DNA of 64,000 bases. It comes from Patescibacteria group bacterium. GTDB lineage: Bacteria > Patescibacteriota > Minisyncoccia > Phycocordibacterales > Phycocordibacteraceae. The stretch is from the NCBI GenBank assembly GCA_038064495.1, contig JBBTSZ010000002.1:16717-80716 (forward strand), given 5' to 3'. Position numbers and translations under genes: made by a program. The notes under the pieces are model-generated. The model was not told the DNA's origin. It searched no databases and saw only the letters and a program-made list of their open reading frames with translations. How positions within the stretch are numbered: the first letter of the stretch is position 1; every line of letters begins with the position of its first letter. This document shows positions 28,807 to 37,460 of the stretch, piece by piece.

Positions 28807-28831
28807 GGGGGCACCTTCGGGTGCCTCTTTC
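28807..28831 (+). terminator. intrinsic terminator
   Basis: GGGGCACCTTCGGGTGCCTCTTTCTT. Confidence 0.55.
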
Positions 28832-28840
28832 TTATGTCGA

Positions 28841-28870
28841 GGGACTTAGGGACTACAGGTACGTAATTCA
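28841..28870 (+). repeat. 30-bp direct repeat, copy 1 (GGGACTTAGGGACTACAGGTACGTAATTCA)
   Basis: 27/30 identical to copy at 30445-30474; both intergenic. Confidence 0.6.
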
Positions 28871-28972
28871 AGTTTTTTGCTTTGGTTTACGCCCTTCCTT
28901 AGCTCCATTCTTATACTTGGTCTACGCAACGCTCACGATTGCTTTTTGTTCCCACAGGAGTATCGTTAAACC

Positions 28973-29614
28973 ATGAGAGCTCGTACTTCACTCCTAGTAA
29001 TAGCCAATGTTTTCTTCCTATTTCTTGCAGTCTTCTGTGCAGTTCCAACGGACGTTCAGGCGTATGTTTCGGTTAAAGGATATTACAAAGCCAACGGCAC
29101 TTATGTAGCGCCCTATGTTCGCAGTAATCCAAATGGTCTGAAATACGATAATTACGGGTATAAACCTAGCCAAGGACTATATAATTCAACATATGGAACA
29201 AAAGGTGCAGCATGGGACACTCCGACCTACGTAACTGATCCCAACTATTACCAAGGTAAAGCTCTCTATGAACAGAGCAAAACAGTAGTAGGAAGCTCTT
29301 ACTCAACATATTCGAAGATACCTGCAATTCACCCCGCAAGAAACGTGTCGTACGTGACAAGTGCCTGGGTATCGAACAACCCAAACACACCCTGCAACCA
29401 GGCAACACTGAGAGCAGCTGAACGTGCTGAATGCATCACGTACAGGGCGCTATTTAATTCATATAAGTGGAATGTCACAACAACTGAATTTGATAACATT
29501 CATTATCGATGGGATCCGGAATTAAATATGTCGTATATGTGTTCCGATGGATATTCGTTCCGCTATGACACTGCTACTGGGAAACCAAAAGAGCTGTGTT
29601 ATCCAGATTTATAG
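28973..29614 (+). CDS. small secreted Tyr/Asn-rich protein
   Basis: Signal peptide MRARTSLLVIANVFFLFLAVFCAVPTDVQA. Confidence 0.5.
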   Translation: MRARTSLLVIANVFFLFLAVFCAVPTDVQAYVSVKGYYKANGTYVAPYVRSNPNGLKYDNYGYKPSQGLYNSTYGTKGAAWDTPTYVTDPNYYQGKALYEQSKTVVGSSYSTYSKIPAIHPARNVSYVTSAWVSNNPNTPCNQATLRAAERAECITYRALFNSYKWNVTTTEFDNIHYRWDPELNMSYMCSDGYSFRYDTATGKPKELCYPDL

Positions 29615-29699
29615 TACTGACAAGGTCCTAAGAGCTACTTAGATAGTACTGTCTTCTAGGGATCTAGATTCAATAACGCTCATAATCTTCTCTATCACC

Positions 29700-30044
29700 T
29701 TAGTAGTCGGTAGATTCTTGTTCCTCGTATGAGTCTCGTTGATCTACATACTCCTGACAACCCTCTATGAACGAATTTGAGTTACCGTCGCAATCGCTGA
29801 CGTCATTCTCTTCAGCCCATTCGTATCCAGCGGAATGTCCAGTTCCGTCGTCATATGGGTTTTCCGGCTCAGGAGCGTAATTTTCATTGACGTACGAGTC
29901 TTCGTATACGCCGTAATGATCACCAGAGACACTACCTCCTGAGGAATCGTCAGAGAATAAGGAATATGTGCCCCAGACAACTAGGCTCCAAAATGCCACC
30001 CCGACTATTATTTCCCAAGCCCCTTCTCCTCGTAGAGGTCTCAT
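29700..30044 (-). CDS. small acidic protein with N-terminal TM helix
   Basis: ORF; likely start MRPLRGEG...; coupled 3 nt downstream of preceding minus-strand gene. Confidence 0.4.
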   Translation of the reverse strand: MRPLRGEGAWEIIVGVAFWSLVVWGTYSLFSDDSSGGSVSGDHYGVYEDSYVNENYAPEPENPYDDGTGHSAGYEWAEENDVSDCDGNSNSFIEGCQEYVDQRDSYEEQESTDY

Positions 30045-30046
30045 AT

Positions 30047-30385
30047 TTATTTGAATAGCCAACTAAAGACTGACGCCCAGCGATTTTGGGATAGCCCATT
30101 TGACATGTTAGCTGGCAAGACTTTCGTCACTGCCGGAACTCTTTGTGTTTGATGATACTCAGCGCACTTCACCATAGAGGAATACCTAACGGAGCTGTTT
30201 CTCCAGCCATCATTACAGATGGCGCTCCCATCAGAGTCTGGACCAGCTGAACAGCTGACCCCACCATGACCAGAGCAAGCCCCGCTCGTGGCTAGTGCTA
30301 AAAGTGGAGAGGTAAGAAAGAGAACTGCAAGTAGACCTGCGCGGCGGACTGTGGGGTATACGCTACTTTGGAGGTTCCTGGACAT
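30047..30385 (-). CDS. small secreted Cys-containing protein
   Basis: Start chosen at Met giving signal peptide MSRNLQSSVYPTVRRAGLLAVLFLTSPLLALA; the longer ORF to 30610 would run through the direct repeat. Confidence 0.4.
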   Translation of the reverse strand: MSRNLQSSVYPTVRRAGLLAVLFLTSPLLALATSGACSGHGGVSCSAGPDSDGSAICNDGWRNSSVRYSSMVKCAEYHQTQRVPAVTKVLPANMSNGLSQNRWASVFSWLFK

Positions 30386-30444
30386 ACCAAAAGCATATAC
30401 CTCAGGAGAGATTAAACAAATGAATCCCAGATGGGCGCTGAACA

Positions 30445-30474
30445 GGGACTTAGGGACTACAGGGACGTGATCCA
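30445..30474 (+). repeat. 30-bp direct repeat, copy 2 (GGGACTTAGGGACTACAGGGACGTGATCCA)
   Basis: See copy 1. Confidence 0.6.
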
Positions 30475-30798
30475 CTGCACATACACTCACCTTAATACCC
30501 AGAGTACTTCTTCCGCTTCGGCTTCTGCACTTCCTCCACCTCAGGCTCAAACATCTTCCGTATGCTCCTGAAGTCAGCCAGAATGACAGAGTAGCCTGGA
30601 CTGAACCCAATGTCTTGAATGTCCTTTACGAGACGTTCCACCTCGGATCTGGTATCTTTATCCTCATTAGAAAAAGTTCTAACGTCCTCTACGAACCTGC
30701 ACACTCTAGTGCTAGTTCAGGTGACCGAGGTGCCTAGCCCTTAACTGCTCGCTGCAGGTGTAAACTGAAGGCAGACATTACCAATAGCGACATTCGAT

Positions 30799-31311
30799 AT
30801 GGCAACGAAAAAACAAATCGGGACAGCAAAAAAGAATGTTCGCAAAGCGCAAGCGGCATGGAAAGGTATGACTAAACGCCAGCACGCGCTCGCACAGCCT
30901 GAAGGTCGCAATCGCAAAAAGCCGGGAACGACCGGCAAAGGCAAGTTTTATCATATCGAAATTCGTCCGAAGTCGGACTTTACCTCGTTTCGCACCCAGG
31001 ATGTCGGAAAGAAAGGCGGGCTTGAGCGCATCGCGGGCCGCCGATCAAGCGGAAGCTGGGCGACCGCTACGTGGCTCATTTCGAAGGATAAGGCGCACTT
31101 AAGCGCGAAGGGAAAGCTTGTCGTTACCGACAAGAAAGATAAGGCATCGCTCGCCAAGGCAATCCGAGGAAGGGTTGTACATGTGAAGGGCGACATCTTT
31201 ACTGCGCATCCGGCGAAGAATGTGCCGGAAGCATCTAAGCCGACGTCCGCGATGAGACGGGCACAGGCGGCGAATATCAAGAAGGCGCAAGCGGCGCGTA
31301 ATAAAAAATAA
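30799..31311 (+). CDS. lysine/arginine-rich basic protein, unknown function
   Basis: ORF 170 aa, highly basic termini. Confidence 0.45.
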   Translation: MATKKQIGTAKKNVRKAQAAWKGMTKRQHALAQPEGRNRKKPGTTGKGKFYHIEIRPKSDFTSFRTQDVGKKGGLERIAGRRSSGSWATATWLISKDKAHLSAKGKLVVTDKKDKASLAKAIRGRVVHVKGDIFTAHPAKNVPEASKPTSAMRRAQAANIKKAQAARNKK

Positions 31312-31312
31312 T

Positions 31313-31723
31313 ATGAAAGGATTTGTAACCAACATCGAGCAGGTCACTCTTGAGAACGAGGACTTCCGCCGCGTCATCTATACCGCAAAGAACTGCCAAC
31401 TCGTGCTCATGTCACTTCCTGCCGGAACGGATATCGGAGAAGAGGTGCACACCGTCGATCAGTTCCTACGTATTGAAGAGGGCGAGGGCCAAAGCATTCT
31501 CGATGGTGTTGATCGTTATCTAACGGACGGGTCCGTCATTGTGGTTCCCGCGGGCGTTCGCCATAACATCATCAATACCTCCAAGAGCGAAGCGCTCAAA
31601 CTTTATTCCCTCTATGCGCCGCCGCACCACAAGGACGGCACCGTCCATGCGACGAAGGCCGACGCGGGAAAAGATAACGAGCACTTCGACGGCATCGTTA
31701 CTGACGACATTGGGCAAGCATAG
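31313..31723 (+). CDS. cupin-domain protein
   Basis: G(x)5HxH...E / PxGxxHxxxN cupin motifs (VHTVDQ..., VVPAGVRHNIIN). Confidence 0.65.
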   Translation: MKGFVTNIEQVTLENEDFRRVIYTAKNCQLVLMSLPAGTDIGEEVHTVDQFLRIEEGEGQSILDGVDRYLTDGSVIVVPAGVRHNIINTSKSEALKLYSLYAPPHHKDGTVHATKADAGKDNEHFDGIVTDDIGQA

Positions 31724-31868
31724 AACGCGGTCAAGTGTGTCGCATTTCTCGCTTTTCCGTTTTGGAGCCTAGACCGAGATGCCTCGACTTTGGTCTGGGG
31801 AATTTTCGCCAAGGAATCCTTGAAGTGCCTCACTCTACCCAGTTCGAGACTGAGGTGGGGTACAAAAA

Positions 31869-31899
31869 GAAAAGCCCCGCTCTAGAGCGGGGCTTTTCA
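31869..31899. terminator. bidirectional intrinsic terminator
   Basis: AAAAGCCCCGCTCTAGAGCGGGGCTTTT. Confidence 0.7.
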
Positions 31900-31911
31900 G
31901 AGGAGACTGAA

Positions 31912-32184
31912 TTACTTAACAGCGTCTTTAAGTGCCTTTGCAGCGCGGAACTTAGGAGTTCGGGTTGCGGCAATCTTAATGGTCTCTCCGGTGCGAGGGT
32001 TGCGTCCGGTGCGAGCTGGACGAGCCTTTGCCTGGAAAATACCAAGACCTGCGATTGATACTTCATCACCTGACTTAAGACCAGATGTGATTGATTCAAT
32101 TACCGTCTCAACTGCACGATCAGCATCTGCCTTCGTGCCGCCAAGTACTTCCTGAACCTTCATTACGATATCTGCTTTGTTCAT
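31912..32184 (-). CDS. hup: DNA-binding protein HU
   Basis: MNKADIV...GLGIFQAKARPARTGRNPRTGE... Confidence 0.9.
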   Translation of the reverse strand: MNKADIVMKVQEVLGGTKADADRAVETVIESITSGLKSGDEVSIAGLGIFQAKARPARTGRNPRTGETIKIAATRTPKFRAAKALKDAVK

Positions 32185-32354
32185 ACGAGATAATTAGGGC
32201 TAATCCCTTTCGGGGCTTATACGAGCCCCGATTGAGGGCTACGCCAAAAAGTATAGGAAATGAGCCATTTTATGCAATAGGGCCAAAAAAACCTGTGGAT
32301 AGTGGATTTTCTGAGTCCTCGCGAAAACTGATTTAACGGCCTACTTACTAGCTT

Positions 32355-33905
32355 TTAGCGAGCAAACTCAACAACGCGGTTTTCCCGAATCACATTCACT
32401 TTAATTTCTCCGGGGTATTTCAACTCCTTTTGTACGCGCTCCGCAATATCGCGCGCGAGTTTGTGCATAGCGAGGTCTGAGACCTTACCCGGGTTCACAA
32501 AGATACGAATTTCGCGCCCTGCTTGTATCGCATACGACTTTTCAACACCAGGGAAGCCAACTGCAATGCGCTCGAGATCACCGAGTCTCTCTAGATATCG
32601 CTCTACGGTGTCGCGTCTGGCACCCGGGCGGCCCGCAGAGATGGCATCTGCCACCTGCACAATGATGGACTCCGGTGTTTCGTACGGATACTCCTCATGA
32701 TGTGACTGCATTGCCTGAATCACTTCCTTGGACACAGCAAATTTCTCAAGAATACGCCGCCCGATTTCTACATGGGTACCCTGCACTTCGTGGTCAACCG
32801 CCTTGCCAATGTCATGAAGCAAAGCACCGGCGCGTGCAACGTCAGCATCAGCACCGAGCTGGTCTGCGAGCATGCCGGCGATGTGCGCCATCTCTACCGA
32901 GTGCTGAAGTACGTTTTGTCCGTAGCTCGTGCGGAAGTAGAGGCGACCAAGGAGCGTCACGAGACGCGCATCAAGACCCACCACACCTACCTCGTACGCC
33001 GCTTCCTCACCTTTTTGCTTCACTATCTCGGCTACATCCTGACGGGCCTTCTCCACAATCTCCTCAATCTTCGTCGGTTGGATGCGTCCATCAGCAATGA
33101 GTTGCTCAAGCGCGATCTTTGCAATGTGACGACGCAGTGGATCAAACGAAGAAAGCGTGATCTTGTCGGGTGCGTCATCAATGAGCACATCCACACCCGT
33201 GGCGCGCTCAAATGCCTTAATGTTTCGGCCCTCTTTTCCAATAACCTTACCTTTCACCTCTTCTGAGGGGATGGCGACTGAAAGGGTAGTAACCTCACTG
33301 TTCACATTTGTTGCCATGCGGTGGATGGTGGAGAGGAGAATGGAGCGTGCCTTCTCTTCTAGCTGTGAGCGCCCGTGTGCCTCAAGTTTCTGCAGACGTG
33401 CGAGCAAGGATTCAGACTGGCTTTCTTCCAAATCTTTCATAAGTGCTTCGCGAGCCTCTTGCTCAGAAAGACGTCCAAGACGAACGAGTTCAAGCCTCCG
33501 CTCCTCACGGAGCTTCTCTGCTTCACGCTTCACATTTGCCGCTTCGTTCTCGCGATTACGCACATCTTCCGATTCTTCTGCCAGATTTCGCTCACGTTCA
33601 TCGAGAAATTCCTCACGCTTTTCAAGACGTTCGGTAGCTTTCTTGAGGAGCTCAGCCTGTTCTTTGAGTGGCTGCTCCATTTCGTCTTCAAGACGTTCAG
33701 CACGCTCTTCGGCTTCCGCGAGAATCTTTGCAGCACGCTCTTTGGCATCAAGCATCTGCTGCTTGATTTCAAGTTCAAGTGACCCGCGTTGACCAAGTGC
33801 AATCAACAGTCGGAGCACATAGCCGACGGCAATTCCTGCGAGCCCTGAGAGGGCGAGAAGGCTTAATATTAATTTTATAGACATACGTTTTGTGCGTGAG
33901 TCCAA
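32355..33905 (-). CDS. rny: ribonuclease Y (N-terminal TM, KH and HD domains)
   Basis: KH motif GKEGRNIKAFERATGVD; HD motif HSVEMAHIAGMLA...LLHDIGK. Confidence 0.9.
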   Translation of the reverse strand: MDSRTKRMSIKLILSLLALSGLAGIAVGYVLRLLIALGQRGSLELEIKQQMLDAKERAAKILAEAEERAERLEDEMEQPLKEQAELLKKATERLEKREEFLDERERNLAEESEDVRNRENEAANVKREAEKLREERRLELVRLGRLSEQEAREALMKDLEESQSESLLARLQKLEAHGRSQLEEKARSILLSTIHRMATNVNSEVTTLSVAIPSEEVKGKVIGKEGRNIKAFERATGVDVLIDDAPDKITLSSFDPLRRHIAKIALEQLIADGRIQPTKIEEIVEKARQDVAEIVKQKGEEAAYEVGVVGLDARLVTLLGRLYFRTSYGQNVLQHSVEMAHIAGMLADQLGADADVARAGALLHDIGKAVDHEVQGTHVEIGRRILEKFAVSKEVIQAMQSHHEEYPYETPESIIVQVADAISAGRPGARRDTVERYLERLGDLERIAVGFPGVEKSYAIQAGREIRIFVNPGKVSDLAMHKLARDIAERVQKELKYPGEIKVNVIRENRVVEFAR

Positions 33906-33908
33906 AGA

Positions 33909-34023
33909 CCCCAGCTACTTTGTTGTTCGCTCCGGTACTCATTCACCGTATACGCACATACGGCTCATTTCGTTCCTCACTCACGCCTCGTATCTGAGGG
34001 CTTTTGAGCACACGCATTTAAAT
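33909..34023 (+). repeat. intergenic repeat family, copy A
   Basis: CCCCAGCTACTTTGTTGTTCGCTCCGGTACTCATTCACCGTATACGCACATACGG...TTCCTCACTCACGCCTCG...GCATTTAAA; ~85% identical to copy B over ~80 nt. Confidence 0.65.
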
Positions 34024-34102
34024 CAAATAGTGAAAAGAAGACCTGAAATCCATCGTAACTATCAGTCAGCCGTCTCGGTACGGACTCACAGTACCACAAA
34101 GG

Positions 34103-34133
34103 AAAAACGCCCGCTTGGCAGGCGTTTTTCGCT
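34103..34133. terminator. bidirectional intrinsic terminator (downstream of clpP on minus; also closes a possible short plus-strand transcript)
   Basis: AAAAACGCCCGCTTGGCAGGCGTTTTTC. Confidence 0.65.
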
Positions 34134-34144
34134 GTTTACGAGAT

Positions 34145-34753
34145 CTACTTTACTTTGTAGACGACGTCCACAATCCCATACTTCTTCGCCTCCTCAGCCG
34201 TTAGGAAGAAATCACGGTCCACATCGCGTTCAATTTTCTCAAGTGGCTGGCCGGACTGCTTTGCGAGAATTTTATTCAAGCGATCGCGTAGCGAGAGGAT
34301 GCGCTTCGCACTGATTTCAATATCAGCTGCCTGTCCTTCGGCACCACCATGTGGCTGATGAATCATGATGTCCGCGTTCGGAAGCGCAAAACGCTTTCCC
34401 TTAGCACCGGACGCAAGAATGATGGAGCCCATGGATGCCGCCATACCAACAGCAACCGTCGCGACGTCCGGCTTGATGTGATTCATGGCGTCAACAATGG
34501 CGAGCCCTGAGTGTACGTGCCCGCCGGGAGAATTCACGTAGAGGAAGATATCTTTCTTCGGGTCTTCGGCTTCAAGGAAGAGGAGTTGAGAAATGATGAG
34601 GTTGGCTACATCGTCATCAATACCACCGCCAAGAAACACAATGCGCTCACGAAGAAGGCGTGAGTAGATATCGTAGGCTCGCTCGCCGAACTGCGATTTC
34701 TCGATAACCATAGGAACAAGCATGGACGCGCTCGGAAGGGTAGTTTTTTTCAT
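34145..34753 (-). CDS. clpP: ATP-dependent Clp protease proteolytic subunit
   Basis: Catalytic Ser (GMAASMG) and His (MIHQP) motifs. Confidence 0.9.
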   Translation of the reverse strand: MKKTTLPSASMLVPMVIEKSQFGERAYDIYSRLLRERIVFLGGGIDDDVANLIISQLLFLEAEDPKKDIFLYVNSPGGHVHSGLAIVDAMNHIKPDVATVAVGMAASMGSIILASGAKGKRFALPNADIMIHQPHGGAEGQAADIEISAKRILSLRDRLNKILAKQSGQPLEKIERDVDRDFFLTAEEAKKYGIVDVVYKVK

Positions 34754-34825
34754 ACGTAAGCAGTTAGTGAAGGCATAGTACCAAAAAAGCTAGGTTTGTG
34801 AAAAACACGCCTTGGTCCCAGGAAT

Positions 34826-34981
34826 TTATTGCACTGCTGTCGGCACGGTGTTTCGGGCCTGTTGTTCAGCAAGGCGTTGGCCCCACACATAAAACGCACC
34901 AACGATAAGGAGAAAAACGATAAGCAGAATCGCGAGCACGCTGCCGGTAGAACTCTTTGGCGCAAAGTCTTCTTCATCCAT
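34826..34981 (-). CDS. possible 51-aa single-pass membrane peptide (MDEEDFAPKSSTGSVLAILLIVFLLIVGAFYVWGQRLAEQQARNTVPTAVQ)
   Basis: Read by eye; not in the ORF track (<60 aa); alternative to the compositionally odd 75-aa ORF 34750..34977 in another frame. Confidence 0.3.
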   Translation of the reverse strand: MDEEDFAPKSSTGSVLAILLIVFLLIVGAFYVWGQRLAEQQARNTVPTAVQ

Positions 34982-35074
34982 AGGGAAAGTATATGCCTAC
35001 CCTACGCACACGCGAAATGGTGGATATGAAAAAGCGCCAGCAAGGGTACTGTCGCTTTTTCAGAGAAGCAGGAC

Positions 35075-35593
35075 TTACTTCTTAGTGCTATAGAGCTCGC
35101 ACGCACGTGCAAAAGCCTGTTTCGCTACGTCCTTACCTTCAAATCCGTTAATCACTACTTCCTTATTTTGTAGTTGCTTGTAGGTACTGTAGAAATGTTC
35201 AACTTCTTTTAGAGTGTGCTTGTTCACATCAGCAAGGTCGTTCACTTCCTTCCAGCGTGGGTCGTCTACTGGTACCGCAATAACTTTATCGTCAGCATCT
35301 CCAGCATCAATCATGTGCATGATGGCGACCGGACGGGCACGTACCAAAATACCGGGCGCAAGCGGATAGCTGGTGAGCAAGATGACATCAAGCGCGTCCC
35401 CGTCATCCCAGAGTGTCTGAGGCACAAAGCCATAATCTACCGGGAACGCTTGAGTGGTATAGGAAACACGATCAAGCGCAATAAGACCTGTTTCCTTATC
35501 CACCTCGTACTTATTCATAGAGCCCTTGTTGATTTCAATGATGACGTTCATTTCGTCAGCGGTTCCCGGAGCAATATCGTGTAGCAAGTTCAT
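35075..35593 (-). CDS. ppa: inorganic pyrophosphatase
   Basis: Family I PPase motifs (DGDALDVILL, DxxDxK). Confidence 0.9.
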   Translation of the reverse strand: MNLLHDIAPGTADEMNVIIEINKGSMNKYEVDKETGLIALDRVSYTTQAFPVDYGFVPQTLWDDGDALDVILLTSYPLAPGILVRARPVAIMHMIDAGDADDKVIAVPVDDPRWKEVNDLADVNKHTLKEVEHFYSTYKQLQNKEVVINGFEGKDVAKQAFARACELYSTKK

Positions 35594-35616
35594 GATAGGT
35601 GTATGTAAGCGATTAG

Positions 35617-37026
35617 TTAGGCTTCGTCGCGCGCGTCGTCCGCGTCAGCAATAGAGGCGTTGTCTTCATCTGATTTAGTGGATTCTGCTTCAGCAGAAAG
35701 GGTATTGTTTTCACTATCATCCTCGGTGACGATTGAATCTGACTCACCAGTGTCCACGCCAGCTTCCTTTGCAGGATCTGATTCCTCCGCTGCTTCAGCG
35801 ATTTCAATTGCTATTTCGGCGTCCGCAATAGCCGCACCTGCAGCAGCAACGCGGGCTGATGCGGAAGACTCCTCAGGAGCAGCTTCAGCAACGTTACTTC
35901 CACCAACTGAATTAATATCAATATTCCAGCCGGTCAGTTTTGCAGAAAGGCGTACATTCTGTCCTCCACGACCAATCGCAAGAGATTGCTGGTCCTCAGA
36001 CACGGTTACCTTTGCACGGTGGTCTGCTTCATCAAGCTCAACAGAGAGCACGGACGCAGGTGAAAGCGACTCCTTAATAAAGGAGGTAGGATCCTCAGAC
36101 CATTCAATGATATCAATGCGCTCACCACCGAGCTCACTCATAACGGTAGATACACGTACACCACGCTGGCCCACAAGAGAACCAACCGGGTCCACATGTG
36201 CTTCAACGGATGCAATCGCAATTTTGGTGCGACTTCCTGGCTCACGCGCGAGACCCTTTACCTCGATTGCTCCCGAAGCAAGTTCCGGTGCCTCCATCTC
36301 AAAGAGTTTAATCACAAAGCGAGGATGACTACGAGAAAGGCGAAGATACACGCCACGGAATCCCTCATCTACGGCGTAGAGGTAGGCACGAATACGCTCA
36401 CCGGGACGGTACCGCTCACCGGGAATCTGTTCCTCGTACGGGATGATACCGGTTGCACGTCCGAGGTCGATGAAGATGGCACCACGCTCAACGCGCTGTA
36501 CGACACCGGAGACAATCTCACCCTTCTTGTGACCAAACTCATCAAGAATAGAAATCTTTTCTGCCTCGCGAATCTTTTGAATTACTACCTGCTTTGCGGT
36601 TTGGGCAGCAATGCGACCGAAGTCGTCCTGTGGTTCAAGAGGGAAGACAATCTCATCCCCAAGTGCAACATCGCGCTTAATGCGACGAGCGTCATCAATC
36701 AGCATGTGCTTCTCAGCGTCGTAGCGCGGAAGTTCACCTTCAGCTACTTCCTCTTCGCGGTCGTGGTGCGGATGAACGATTTCCTCCTCCTCACCTTCCT
36801 CCGGGAAGCGAACCATAGTGTCATCAACGACGGTCTTCACCTGCTCAAAGGTAACGGTACCGGAATTCATATCCAGTTTTCCACGAACAATTTGTCCGCG
36901 CTTTCCGTACTCCTTCTTATAGGCAGTCGCCATAGCGCTTTCAATAGCGTCTACCATGACTTCTTTTGTGATACCGCGCTCTTCAAACTCACCGAGCACT
37001 GAATTGATTGTCTTGAGGTCCAACAT
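35617..37026 (-). CDS. nusA: transcription termination/antitermination factor NusA with acidic C-terminal tail
   Basis: Conserved N-terminus MLDLKTINSVLGEFEERGITKEVMVDAIESAMATAYKK, S1 and KH regions; start taken at Met 9 of ORF. Confidence 0.9.
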   Translation of the reverse strand: MLDLKTINSVLGEFEERGITKEVMVDAIESAMATAYKKEYGKRGQIVRGKLDMNSGTVTFEQVKTVVDDTMVRFPEEGEEEEIVHPHHDREEEVAEGELPRYDAEKHMLIDDARRIKRDVALGDEIVFPLEPQDDFGRIAAQTAKQVVIQKIREAEKISILDEFGHKKGEIVSGVVQRVERGAIFIDLGRATGIIPYEEQIPGERYRPGERIRAYLYAVDEGFRGVYLRLSRSHPRFVIKLFEMEAPELASGAIEVKGLAREPGSRTKIAIASVEAHVDPVGSLVGQRGVRVSTVMSELGGERIDIIEWSEDPTSFIKESLSPASVLSVELDEADHRAKVTVSEDQQSLAIGRGGQNVRLSAKLTGWNIDINSVGGSNVAEAAPEESSASARVAAAGAAIADAEIAIEIAEAAEESDPAKEAGVDTGESDSIVTEDDSENNTLSAEAESTKSDEDNASIADADDARDEA

Positions 37027-37186
37027 ATGTCTGTATTTAATTGTTCGCACCAGGGATTGATTGCTCGCCCTTTAATAAGAAATGCCCGCTTCGCGGACAT
37101 CTCGGATACCCATAACGTACCATATATAGGAGCACTTCGTCAATAAACACCAATGTGGTAGGGTGGCTCCAGAAAGGAGAGCACTC

Positions 37187-37387
37187 ATGCCGAGGCTTTT
37201 TGTGAGCTGGGTGGACCGCTGTCCATCAAAACCTATCGAGTTTGGAAACACTACGCTCGACTATCACGATCCGAGTTCTGATAAAGATATCAAACTACTC
37301 CAGCTCACTATTGGGAATAGGCTGGAGAAGGAAGTAGGAGGGATTCATATTGTTACCATCCTGTGGTTTAAGCTATTGACTGAATAA
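37187..37387 (+). CDS. small hypothetical protein (66 aa) upstream of pilB
   Basis: Strong SD AAAGGAG 7 nt before ATG at 37187. Confidence 0.4.
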   Translation: MPRLFVSWVDRCPSKPIEFGNTTLDYHDPSSDKDIKLLQLTIGNRLEKEVGGIHIVTILWFKLLTE

Positions 37388-37460
37388 TTCTCCACGATTG
37401 CACCATATACGCGCCGCATCTTCTCGTGCGGCGCGTTATACTTTTAGCAAGCATCTTTCT

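Noticed and set aside
30386-30610. N-terminal 75 codons of ORF 30047..30610
   Set aside because: That extension would translate through the 30-bp direct repeat and lacks signal-peptide logic. The internal Met at 30385 gives a clean signal peptide.
33157-33792. Ser/Arg-rich 211-aa ORF antisense to rny; similar antisense ORFs inside nusA (35660..36328, 36196..37002), EF-G, EF-Tu and the VirB6-like gene
   Set aside because: Low-complexity frames opposite well-supported conserved genes. No RBS.
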